Shown here piece by piece: positions 1 through 9,017 of a stretch of 17,909 nt of DNA. The notes under the pieces were generated by a model that worked only from the letters and a program-made list of their open reading frames with translations, did no database searches and had not been told where the DNA came from. Made by a program: the position numbers and the translations under genes. Every line of letters begins with the position of its first letter. The stretch's first letter is position 1. Origin of the DNA: Mycolicibacterium xanthum. Lineage in GTDB: Bacteria > Actinomycetota > Actinomycetes > Mycobacteriales > Mycobacteriaceae. Location: NCBI RefSeq assembly GCF_019710635.1, contig NZ_JAIFZS010000041.1, forward strand, positions 1 to 17,909, read 5' to 3'.

Positions 1-274
1 CGCCACGCGATCCCTTCCAAGATCAACCGGTGATCGCTGAATCTGTTGCCCCGCTTACCTACATCCGAGGGCATAACCGACTCGACGGCCGACCAGAACC
101 CATCAGAAATCACACCCATCCGCGTCACGGTCACAATCGTCGCCGGTCAAGGCGCGAATATTACGGAGACACGCCCTAGTCCGATGGGAAGTGGATCTAC
201 TGGTGTGGCCTTCGTCGATGTAGCCATCGCTGATGCGGGCATGCGCGTTTGAAGGTGGGCTGGTCGCCGGAAGC

Positions 275-1045
275 TCAGAAGGGCGTTGGGATGGATTGGG
301 GCCAAGGCCCGGTTCTCTGCTCGATGTCGCCGGTCATGACACGCTTGGGTAACGTCACTTTCTTCCTCTTCACGGGCTCGTATGGGATCTGGCTGAGCAA
401 GTGGCTGATGATGTTGAGACGCGCCTTCTTCTTGTCGTCGGTGTGGGCCACATGCCACGGCGCCCACACCGTGTCGGTCGCGGCGAACATCGCATCGCGC
501 GCCCGCGAGTAATCGTCCCAACGCGCGTATGACGCCAAGTCCATGTCCGAGAGCTTCCAGATCTTGCGCGGATCCCCGATGCGGCTCTGCAGCCGGCGCG
601 TCTGTTCGTCGGCGCTGACCTCGAGCCAGTACTTGATGAGCCTGATGCCGGACTCCACAACCGCCTGTTCGACCGCGGGTGCGTTCTCGAGGAACCGCTC
701 AGCCTCGTCTTCCGTGCAGAAACCCATGACGCGTTCGACACCGGCGCGGTTGTACCAACTGCGGTCGAAGATCACGACCTCTCCTCCGGCAGGAAGGTGT
801 GGGATGTAACGCTGGACATACATCTGGGTCTTCTCGCGTTCGGTGGGCGCCGGCAGCGCGACGACGCGGAACACCCGTGGACTTACCCGTTCGGTGATCG
901 CCTTGATCGCGCCGCCCTTGCCCGCGGTGTCTCGGCCCTCGAACACGATGCAGACCTTCGCACCTGTGTCTTTGACCCACTCTTGCATCGCCACCAACTC
1001 GCCATGCAGGCGTCGCAACTCGTGCTGGTATTCCTTCTCATTCAT
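275..1045 (-). CDS. ppk2: Polyphosphate kinase 2 (PPK2) family protein; intact reading frame from an internal ATG
   Basis: 256-aa ORF with PPK2 motifs: Walker A-like FEGRDTAGKGG, ERVSPRVFRVVALPAPTEREKTQMYVQRYIPHLPAGGEVVIFDRSWYNRAGVERVMGF, and the FLENAPAVEQAVVESGIRLIKYWLEVSADEQTRRLQSRIGDPRKIWKLSDMD region. Confidence 0.93.
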   Translation of the reverse strand: MNEKEYQHELRRLHGELVAMQEWVKDTGAKVCIVFEGRDTAGKGGAIKAITERVSPRVFRVVALPAPTEREKTQMYVQRYIPHLPAGGEVVIFDRSWYNRAGVERVMGFCTEDEAERFLENAPAVEQAVVESGIRLIKYWLEVSADEQTRRLQSRIGDPRKIWKLSDMDLASYARWDDYSRARDAMFAATDTVWAPWHVAHTDDKKKARLNIISHLLSQIPYEPVKRKKVTLPKRVMTGDIEQRTGPWPQSIPTPF

Positions 1046-1076
1046 CTTCGGGCGCGCTCATTCATCTTCGGGCGCG
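1037..1076. repeat. Perfect tandem duplication, 2 x 20 bp (CTCATTCATCTTCGGGCGCG)
   Basis: 1037..1056 and 1057..1076 are identical on the + strand. Confidence 0.98.
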
Positions 1077-1167
1077 TGCGATCGGCACCCGCCAGCGCCG
1101 TGGCGGGCGGTGAGTCTGCCGCACGGCGGCGCTTGTCCTTGGTCTTCGCCTTCTTCTGCTTAGCCAC
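1042..1167 (-). other. Out-of-frame 5' leader ORF that looks like the original PPK2 N-terminus, displaced by a 20-bp tandem duplication
   Basis: GTG at 1167..1165 preceded by GAGGAG; reads VAKQKKAKTKDKRRRAADSPPATALAGADRTRPKMNERARR*; its stop overlaps the ATG at 1045 (ATGA). Removing one 20-bp unit gives ...RTRPKMNEKEYQHELRRL, in frame with PPK2. Confidence 0.7.
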
Positions 1168-1220
1168 GCCTGTTCAGCTCCTCAATGACGGACGCTACTG
1201 CTGATCTTGCGCTTCCATGG

Positions 1221-3998
1221 TCATCGTTCCGTCAGGATGCGACCGGCGGATGGGGCTACGGCACGTTCGATGTCGAGTGCAGCGGCCCGTGGCTCGCGGC
1301 GCCGACGCGCCCACTTGCCGGTCTCCACGACGAGCGGCAACGCGAGTGCGAGCCCGATGGCAGCCAGCCATTGCGAACCGGTGAGGGCCGTCGTGAGCAG
1401 TCCCTTCTGCAGGCTCGGCAGTTGTGTCGCGAAGAAGATCAGAATGATCGGGACCAGCGACACCGCAAGCGCGGTGAGGATCGGTGGCGCCAGACCGCTG
1501 GCGGGGTCGCGTCGGTTGGTCGCGGCGTTGAAGACCGTACCGAGACCCATCACAACGAATGTCATCGTCAGTGACACGCTGGCGCGGCCGGTGCTGGGCT
1601 GATCGGGGCCAGCGACGAGTGGCACGAAAGCGGCGGCGGCGAGCACCGCGCCGTAGACGATCCACAACATCACCGCCGAGCGGTTCGCGATCGGCCTCTT
1701 CGGGTCACGGGGCGGGCGTCGCATGACGTCGGGATCCCCGGGGTCGAGCGCGATCACGACAACACCCGACGAGGTAACGAACACGAGCAGGTAGAGGACC
1801 ATCAGGGGGGTCAGTGCGACCCCCTCGTTGACGTTGAAGACGGTAGCTGCCAGGAAAAGGATCACCAGCGCCAGCAGTTGTGTCATCTGGTAGCGGACGT
1901 AGCAGACGACCTTCTCGTAGACCCGCCGACCGATCGCGACCGCGTTGACCAGGGTGCCGAAGTTGTCGTCGGTGAGGATCATCCTCCCCGCCTGCTTGGT
2001 GACCTCGCTACCCGAGCCCATCGCAACGCCGATGTCGGCCTGCTTCAATGCCGCCGCGTCGTTGACGGCGTCTCCGGTCATGGCGACGATCAGCCCCTGT
2101 TCCTGCATCACGCGGGTGAGACGGAGTTTGTGTTCGGGAGAGACTCGGCCGAACACGTGCAACTCGGCCAATCGTGTCGAAAGTGCGTGGTCCGACAGTG
2201 CTTGCAGCTCGCTTCCGCTCGTGGCTCCCGGTCCGAGCCCGAGGTCTCCGCCGATCGCCTTGGCGGTCACCACATGGTCGCCGGTGATCATGCGTACATC
2301 GATGCCGGCGCCGAGCGCGGTGCGGACCGCCGCCTTGGCCTCCGCGCGCAGCGGGTCGATGATGCCGACCATCGCGACGAAGTCGAGGTCGTGGGTCAGC
2401 GCCATCGGGTCAGTCGCCATCAGGTCGAGTTCGTCATCGTCGACGAAGCGGAAAGCGAACGCGAGAACGCGCAGGCCGCGCTGCCCCATTCGTTCGTTGG
2501 CGGCCTCGATGTCCGGGTGTGCGTCGGCGATCGGCACGTGAGTGTTGTTCAGGGGTCCCGCGGAACGGGCGCAGCGGGCCAATACGACGTCGGGGGCGCC
2601 CTTCATCAGCTCTATGACACGGTCGCGTCCGTCGAACGTGACCCGGTGGAAGGTGGCCATGAACTTGTAGTCGGCGTCGAACGGCACCTCGGCGAGTCGG
2701 CGATAGGTCCGCCGCGTCTCCTCGGCGTCGATGTTGAGCTTGGCGGCCAGCACGACAAGCGCGGCCTCGGTCGGATCACCGACCACCGAGCCGTCGTCGG
2801 CGACGGTGGCGTCGCTGTCCAAGACCATTCCCAATGCGAGGTCGGTGAAATCCGGCAGCGACATGCCGGCGGCGGACCTGATTGCACCGCTCTTGCGGTA
2901 GCCCTCGCCGTCGACGCTGAACCAGGCACCGTTTGCGTAGATGGCCGACACCATCATCTGGTTCATCGTCAGTGTTCCGGTCTTGTCGGTGTTAATCGCG
3001 CTCGTCGCACCCAGGGTTTCGACGTCGGTGAGGTTCTTGACAATCGCATTGGCGTCGGCGAGCTGCTTTGCGCCCATCGACAGCAGTCCGGAGACGAATG
3101 CCGGCAGACCGGTCGGGATCGCGGAGATCGCCACCGCGGTCCCGAGCAAGAAGAGTTCCTGTGCGTCAGCGCCACGCACGGCACCGATGACGACGATGAC
3201 AGCGACCGCGGTCCAGGCAATGAAGCCGAGGACCTTGGTGAGGGAATCGAGCTCTTTCTGCAACGGCGACCGCGTCCGTGTCACCGCTGTGAGCATCGTC
3301 GCGATCTGACCCATCTGGGTGTGCATACCGGTCGCGGTGATGACCATCGAGGCGGTGCCACGGGTCACCGAGGTGTTCTGGAACAGCATGTTAGTGCGGT
3401 CCCCGAGCGCGACTTCGGCGCCGGGGAGCGCGCCGGGATCCTTACTTACCGGCGCACTTTCGCCGGTCAGCGCTGCCTCCTGGGTTTGCAGCGTCGCCGA
3501 ACGGACGATGCGGCCATCGGCGGGGACGATGTCACCGGCCTCGACCTGCACCACGTCACCCGGCACAATGTCGGCCGCCGGTATCAACGTGAGCACGCCG
3601 TCACGCATGACCTTCGCCTGTGGTACTTGCAGATTCGACAGCGCGGTTACGCTCGCCCTGGCCTTCAACTCTTGACGCGAACCGAGCACGACGTTGAGCA
3701 GGATCAGCACGGCCACGATGACTGCCGTCGGGATCTGGGCGATCGCGAAGCTCACCGCCGATACCGCGACCAACATGATGTTCATCGGATTGGCGAACTG
3801 CCCGGCGGCGATCACCCACACCGACGGTGGCTTCTCGGTGGTGATCTCGTTGGGCCCGTACCGAGTCAGCCGGTTCATGGCTTCCGTGCTGCTGAGTCCC
3901 GAAGCCGTATCGGTCCCCAGAGACTCCGCAACGTCGGTGGCGGCACGCACATACGGTGGCAGCTCCTCACCACCGGCGGTCGGCATCGAGTCGCTCAT
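1221..3998 (-). CDS. Cation-translocating P-type ATPase (P2-like architecture, substrate unclear)
   Basis: 925-aa ORF with the DKTGTLTMNQM phosphorylation motif, the LTGES actuator motif, the MITGDH and TGDAVNDAAALKQADIGVAMG hinge motifs and several hydrophobic helices. Confidence 0.95.
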   Translation of the reverse strand: MSDSMPTAGGEELPPYVRAATDVAESLGTDTASGLSSTEAMNRLTRYGPNEITTEKPPSVWVIAAGQFANPMNIMLVAVSAVSFAIAQIPTAVIVAVLILLNVVLGSRQELKARASVTALSNLQVPQAKVMRDGVLTLIPAADIVPGDVVQVEAGDIVPADGRIVRSATLQTQEAALTGESAPVSKDPGALPGAEVALGDRTNMLFQNTSVTRGTASMVITATGMHTQMGQIATMLTAVTRTRSPLQKELDSLTKVLGFIAWTAVAVIVVIGAVRGADAQELFLLGTAVAISAIPTGLPAFVSGLLSMGAKQLADANAIVKNLTDVETLGATSAINTDKTGTLTMNQMMVSAIYANGAWFSVDGEGYRKSGAIRSAAGMSLPDFTDLALGMVLDSDATVADDGSVVGDPTEAALVVLAAKLNIDAEETRRTYRRLAEVPFDADYKFMATFHRVTFDGRDRVIELMKGAPDVVLARCARSAGPLNNTHVPIADAHPDIEAANERMGQRGLRVLAFAFRFVDDDELDLMATDPMALTHDLDFVAMVGIIDPLRAEAKAAVRTALGAGIDVRMITGDHVVTAKAIGGDLGLGPGATSGSELQALSDHALSTRLAELHVFGRVSPEHKLRLTRVMQEQGLIVAMTGDAVNDAAALKQADIGVAMGSGSEVTKQAGRMILTDDNFGTLVNAVAIGRRVYEKVVCYVRYQMTQLLALVILFLAATVFNVNEGVALTPLMVLYLLVFVTSSGVVVIALDPGDPDVMRRPPRDPKRPIANRSAVMLWIVYGAVLAAAAFVPLVAGPDQPSTGRASVSLTMTFVVMGLGTVFNAATNRRDPASGLAPPILTALAVSLVPIILIFFATQLPSLQKGLLTTALTGSQWLAAIGLALALPLVVETGKWARRRREPRAAALDIERAVAPSAGRILTER

Positions 3999-4359
3999 CG
4001 CCGATGGATATTACCCGGCGATTGCCGGGGTTGCGGGGGTGAATCGCGACGGTGACAGTGGCAAATCCGTGTCGCCGGCAGCACCGGTTCCATGTTGCCC
4101 CGATGCATCGAGTTGGGCCGTTACCGTCTTGTCGAACGCAACACGTTCAAGGTCGGTCAAGTCGGACTCGGTCAATACCGGTATCTCAGTGGCCGTCAAA
4201 CGTGGAGGACACAGTCGAATATGCGGTTGTTAACGTTTACACCCTGAACCGCCCACGCCAGCTCTCACGTTCCTTCCATACATGTACAAAATCCCGCAAT
4301 CATGCATCGAGCTGTTCGTCCGAATCAGCATCCGACAGACAGACGCCGGGGCCTTGCAT

Positions 4360-5376
4360 TCACGCCGTTTTGGGGGTCGGTTTCCAGGTCACCGCTGTGC
4401 CCGCCATCTGGAACTCGATCGGATCAGCGGGCCGGAACCTTCCCGAGATCTCGCCGGCAGCGTCAAGATCTGAGGCCAGGTCGAACATCTGAACCGGGGC
4501 GCCTTCTTGCAGATCCAGCTTTTCCAGATCGACCCATACGACGTTGGGCATATTCGTCAATTCGAAGTAGTACCGCCGGTGCGTGAGATCGCAGATCGTC
4601 CGCCACTGTGTCGGCGAGACGTTCGGCTTGACGGGATCCACGAAGCCGATCGGCGTGGCCATGTTCCGGATCACGCTGAGCACACCGGCGACGGCCTCTT
4701 GATACGACGCCGGATTCTGCGGCAGCTGGGTCAGGTAGTAGGCGCCCCGAACGAAACGATCTTCGGCTTCGGCGGTTCCCGGCAAGGGTTTCTTACCGCC
4801 CAGCCCCTCGTACTGCTTGAGCAGAATCAACTGCTCGTCGTAGGTCGGCGAATTCGTTACCACCGTGAACTGCGGCCCGTGATGGATCACGGGCTGGCCA
4901 TCGAGGATTTCGATGACGGCCGAATCACCGGTCGCGTCAGCCAGCGAGAGATGCATCGGCGCATCCGCCAGCTTGCCAAGGTGGATCATCTCGAACGAAC
5001 GCACCTGCAAGGACTTGGTCGCCTCGACCGCCTCGGCGACCGTCGCACAATTGTCCAGATAGTACTGAGCCCACAGCGAAACCGAGAGCCCGAGTCGTGC
5101 GGGATCGCGATCGCCGTACCGTGTTTCCGCCAGGTAGAGCATGCTCGCGGTCAGGCCCGCTGCGTTCATGCCATCAGGGACCGCGCAGTCCCAGACCGCC
5201 GCCACGACGCTGCCGTACTTCGAGGTCCACGTGATCGGATTGGTCTCGACCAGCCCCTCCCGCTCGACGCCGGCCGGAATCGCGTAGAGCTTGGTTCCCA
5301 TCCGCTCGGTCCAATCCATGTTCCGTCCGACAAGAACGGGCTGTCCTTCCACCTGCCACATCACTCGCGAGCACAT
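4360..5376 (-). CDS. Linear amide C-N hydrolase, choloylglycine hydrolase / penicillin V acylase-like (Ntn hydrolase)
   Basis: 338-aa ORF beginning MCSRVMW (candidate catalytic Cys2), with GRNMDW, DGMNAAGL and VVTNSPTYDEQL segments typical of this family. Confidence 0.88.
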   Translation of the reverse strand: MCSRVMWQVEGQPVLVGRNMDWTERMGTKLYAIPAGVEREGLVETNPITWTSKYGSVVAAVWDCAVPDGMNAAGLTASMLYLAETRYGDRDPARLGLSVSLWAQYYLDNCATVAEAVEATKSLQVRSFEMIHLGKLADAPMHLSLADATGDSAVIEILDGQPVIHHGPQFTVVTNSPTYDEQLILLKQYEGLGGKKPLPGTAEAEDRFVRGAYYLTQLPQNPASYQEAVAGVLSVIRNMATPIGFVDPVKPNVSPTQWRTICDLTHRRYYFELTNMPNVVWVDLEKLDLQEGAPVQMFDLASDLDAAGEISGRFRPADPIEFQMAGTAVTWKPTPKTA

Positions 5377-5414
5377 GGCCTATCTCCCTTCGGGTGTCTT
5401 GGATCGGTCATTCG

Positions 5415-6857
5415 CTAAACAGGTTCTTCAATCCCGAAATGTTCCAACGCGCCGTGGATGCAGCATTCGTAGTGACTTCTCTCATCCGGCAGCATCTGTC
5501 CTCCCGGCGGCTTCGGCAGTTCGTTGAGGCTTTTGTAGGGCTGGCCCTTCGTCTGTTTCTTGAAGTCTTGCCAGGCGGCCTTGATCAATGCCGGCTGGGT
5601 GAGGAGATCCAGCCCGGTGGCTGCCATCGTCTTGGCTGCCTGGATGGTCGCCTTGTGCCCGATGCTCATGCCGTGACACGCGGTGCAACCCCACTGATGC
5701 GGCGAGATGCCCTGCGGCCACGCTGCGTGGACGACTCCCATGGTCGGCACGTTCCAGCTGACGTCGCCGACATCGGACGAGCCGCCGACCTCCACCTTGG
5801 ATGTTGGCATTCCCGCCATCGCAGTGGCCATCCCCGTCTCGGGCAGGTCCATCTCCTTCTGGATCGCTTTGGCGTAGACCTGCTCGTCGTCGGTCCACTC
5901 GATCGGGAAGTACCGTTGCATGTGGCCGTACATGTTCTCGGCGAGCGGGTCATTGCCCACCACATCCAATGTTCCGGTGATCAAGGTGACCGTTTCCGTG
6001 GTCTGCGTTGACAACGCCGCGCCCTTGGCCATATCGATCAGCCAGTTCTTGTACTCCGTCACGTTCTCCGCACTCGGCCCCCGGTAACGGATGAGCACCT
6101 TGGCGTAGTCGGGAATGACGTTGACCGCCGTGCCCCCTTCCAGAATCTGATAGTGCAGCCGCGCGGTTGGCAGCATCTGCTCACGCATCATGTTGGCGGC
6201 GACGAGAAAGATCTCGACGGCATGCAGGGCGCTGCGGCCTTGCCAGGGAGCCTGGCCGGCGTGGGCAGTCACCCCGTTCCACTCGACGATCAAATCGACC
6301 ATGGCCGTGGAGTGAAAATTCCATACCGTGTTCAACGGTCCGGGATGATTGTGCAGGCAGGCGTCGAGTCCCTGGAAGGCCCCAGCCTGGGCCATGTAGT
6401 TCTTGCCGGTCATCTTTTCTTCGGCCGGACAGCCGAAGACCTTCATGGTGCCGGGAATCTCTTCCTTGTCCATGTGTGTCCTCAGCGCAATCGCGGCGCC
6501 GATCGACGTGGAGCAGATCAGGTTGTGCCCGCAGCCGTGGCCGTTGGTGTTGCCGCTCGGCGCCGGTGTCTTGGTGGGCTTGGTGTCGTTGCCGAGCCCG
6601 GGCAGAGCGTCGTATTCGACCAAGATGCCGATCGTGGGTGATCCGCTACCCCAGGTTGCGATCCACGAAGTGTCGAGTCCGCCGATGCCTCGATCGCCGA
6701 TCGCGAAGCCGTGTTTTTCCAACATCGCGGAGGCGTAGGCCGAGCTCTTCGTTTCTCCGAAACCCAATTCGGCGAACTCCCAGACATGCTGCGCGAGATC
6801 CCAGATCTCGTCGGCCACTGCGTCCACTTCGTTGCCGAGTTTTGAATAGTCAGACAT
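5415..6857 (-). CDS. M20-family amidohydrolase/peptidase, p-aminobenzoyl-glutamate hydrolase subunit B (AbgB)-like
   Basis: 480-aa ORF with VEYDALPGLG, GHGCGHN, CPAEE, TAHAGQAPWQGRSALHAVE, ILEGGTAVNVIPD, EVGGSSDVGDVSW. It lies 38 nt upstream of the C-N hydrolase on the same strand. Confidence 0.9.
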   Translation of the reverse strand: MSDYSKLGNEVDAVADEIWDLAQHVWEFAELGFGETKSSAYASAMLEKHGFAIGDRGIGGLDTSWIATWGSGSPTIGILVEYDALPGLGNDTKPTKTPAPSGNTNGHGCGHNLICSTSIGAAIALRTHMDKEEIPGTMKVFGCPAEEKMTGKNYMAQAGAFQGLDACLHNHPGPLNTVWNFHSTAMVDLIVEWNGVTAHAGQAPWQGRSALHAVEIFLVAANMMREQMLPTARLHYQILEGGTAVNVIPDYAKVLIRYRGPSAENVTEYKNWLIDMAKGAALSTQTTETVTLITGTLDVVGNDPLAENMYGHMQRYFPIEWTDDEQVYAKAIQKEMDLPETGMATAMAGMPTSKVEVGGSSDVGDVSWNVPTMGVVHAAWPQGISPHQWGCTACHGMSIGHKATIQAAKTMAATGLDLLTQPALIKAAWQDFKKQTKGQPYKSLNELPKPPGGQMLPDERSHYECCIHGALEHFGIEEPV

Positions 6858-7355
6858 GGGACCGCCACTTTCTTCAAGAATGATCAGGCCCGGAGGCCTC
6901 GATCAACGCATGTTCGCCTCGCTGCTGAATTGGCATGGCTCCGCCGGTGTGAACTCGGCTGACACCGGCGCCAAGAACGTTGGAACCGAGTGCCTCGAGT
7001 CTCTCGTCCCCGCTCCCTTGTCCAGGTTCAGCATGTCCAGGTCGATCCAGAAGATCACGGGCCGCAGCGTTGCCGAATGCTAACGCCCGAATTCGTGATC
7101 ACTCACCGTCCGCCAGAGCGTGGCGGAGGTGTTGGTTGCGCCGACGAGGTCTGCATTCGACGGAGCTTCGGTGCATCATCTCGCGTGAACCTGCCTCTTC
7201 AGATAGCAGTGTCCGCTTGACACTGCCAAACGTCACGATGTCCTGATCGGCGTCCACCGAAGTCCATGAGAATCACGTGCGAAGGCCGCAAGTAAGACAC
7301 GATCGAGCAAGAGCGCGACATGTCAGCGCCGAGAATTTCTGAAGGAGACCACGAC

Positions 7356-9017
7356 ATGAGCACCGGGGCCGTGACCGTTTATCTTGCCCGCAAGGTCCGC
7401 ACGATGGATCCCGGACGCCCGGAGGCGGAGGCCGTGGCCGTCCTGGATGGACGCGTCCTGTGCACTGGGACCCGGGAGTCGATGCAGCCGTGGCTGTCGG
7501 CTCATGAGGTCGTCGTTGACGACACTTTGAAGGACAAGGTCATCCTGCCCGGGTTCATCGAACCGCATACGCATTTCTGGATGTCGGCCGGGTTCGTGTC
7601 GATGGAATTCATCGGGCCGCTCCCGTGGCCGGCGCCCGGCGGCATGAACAAGCCTTTGTCGACGTTCGACGAGGTCATCGCCCATCTGCGCAAACTCCAT
7701 GAGCAGGAAAAGGATTTGACGAAACCGATCATCGCCTGGGGATACGACGAGGCGCAGCAGGGCGGCACCCTCAACCGTGACACGCTCGACCAGATTACTT
7801 CGGAACGCCCGATCTGGATCCTGTCGTGGGCGCCGCATTTCTACTACTTGAACAGCGCCGCGCTCGAGCGTGCGAACATTCCGGATGACCTGGACAGTCC
7901 CAACGTCCACCGCGATCCCGGCGGCCGGCTCACCGGCGTCTTCACCGAGCCGGCGGGCTTTGCGCTGAGTTGCGCTCCCGTTATTGATGAGATCACCCGG
8001 CTCTGCAGCGTCGAAGGTCTGAAGTTCATGGCCGCAATCGCCAATCGGGCAGGGGTGACCACGGTTTCGGACATGATGTTCGGTGTCATCAACGTCGACG
8101 CTGAATTGCAGGATCACCAGGAAGCGACTGCCGATCCCTCGTTCCCGGTCCGGATGCGCCTGGTGCCACATGCGGCGTCGTTCGCCAAGGCCCACGGTGA
8201 CAAAGCGGTCGACGTCATCGAGGACCTGCGCACACAGGAAACCGACAAACTCTATTTCCGTGGCGTCAAGTTCCAGACCGACGGCTCGTTTCCGTTGATG
8301 GGTTCGCGGGTGAACTTCCCAGGTTATCTCGACGGCACGAATGGCCAGACCGCCGACACCGACATCGTCAACGGCATGCTGCCGTATTGGAAGACCGGTA
8401 TCCAGATCCACTGCCATGCCAACGGAGACAAGGCGATTGACGACACGCTGGATGCGCTGGCGCAGCTCCAGGCAACCCATCCGCGGTTCGACCACCGATT
8501 CGCGATCGAGCACTACTCAATCAGCAACCCGATGCAGGCGCGCCGCCTGAAGGCTCTCGGCGGGGTGGCCAGCGTGAACAACTACTTCTGCCACTTCCGC
8601 GCCCTGCTGCACCGCACCCATGCCTACGGACCAGACCGCTCCGACACCGTGGCGCGGCTGGGCACCCTGCAGCGTGAAGGGGTCATCTTCGCGCTGCACT
8701 CCGACTACCCGCTGGTGGTCGTGCCGATGCATCCGCTCACCGCGGTCTACACCGCAGCGACCCGGATCGCCGAAGACGGTGAAACCGTGGTGGCCCCGGA
8801 CGAGTGCATCGGGGTCGAGCGCGCGGTTCGCGCAGTGACCATCGACGCCGCCTACATCCTCGGAATGGAGGACCAGATCGGCAGCCTGGAACAGGGCAAG
8901 TTCGCCGACTTCACCATCCTCGACCAGGACCCCTTCGAGGTCGATCCCACACACATCAAAGACATCCCGATCTGGGGCACCGCCTTGTCGGGCACGCTGT
9001 TCAAGGCCAAACAGTGA
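7356..9017 (+). CDS. Amidohydrolase-3 (YtcJ-like) family metal-dependent hydrolase
   Basis: ORF open from 7320; the ATG at 7356 is favoured because it is preceded by AAGGAGACC. Motifs: VILPGFIEPHTHFWMS, IQIHCHANGDKAIDDTLDAL, RFAIEHYSI, HSDYPLVVVPMHPLTAVYTA, GSLEQGKFADFTILDQDPF. Confidence 0.92.
   Translation: MSTGAVTVYLARKVRTMDPGRPEAEAVAVLDGRVLCTGTRESMQPWLSAHEVVVDDTLKDKVILPGFIEPHTHFWMSAGFVSMEFIGPLPWPAPGGMNKPLSTFDEVIAHLRKLHEQEKDLTKPIIAWGYDEAQQGGTLNRDTLDQITSERPIWILSWAPHFYYLNSAALERANIPDDLDSPNVHRDPGGRLTGVFTEPAGFALSCAPVIDEITRLCSVEGLKFMAAIANRAGVTTVSDMMFGVINVDAELQDHQEATADPSFPVRMRLVPHAASFAKAHGDKAVDVIEDLRTQETDKLYFRGVKFQTDGSFPLMGSRVNFPGYLDGTNGQTADTDIVNGMLPYWKTGIQIHCHANGDKAIDDTLDALAQLQATHPRFDHRFAIEHYSISNPMQARRLKALGGVASVNNYFCHFRALLHRTHAYGPDRSDTVARLGTLQREGVIFALHSDYPLVVVPMHPLTAVYTAATRIAEDGETVVAPDECIGVERAVRAVTIDAAYILGMEDQIGSLEQGKFADFTILDQDPFEVDPTHIKDIPIWGTALSGTLFKAKQ

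Noticed and set aside
1878-4055. 725-aa plus-strand ORF
   Set aside because: Antisense to the well-supported P-type ATPase, composition is His/Arg/Asp-rich with no motifs; typical shadow ORF in GC-rich DNA.
4011-4199. 62-aa minus-strand ORF just upstream of the ATPase
   Set aside because: Begins with TTG, no convincing Shine-Dalgarno and no recognisable homology; could be a leader peptide but unsupported.
4507-5418. 303-aa plus-strand ORF
   Set aside because: Antisense to the linear amide C-N hydrolase; no recognisable motifs.
7323-8513. 396-aa minus-strand ORF
   Set aside because: Antisense shadow of the amidohydrolase-3 gene; no motifs.
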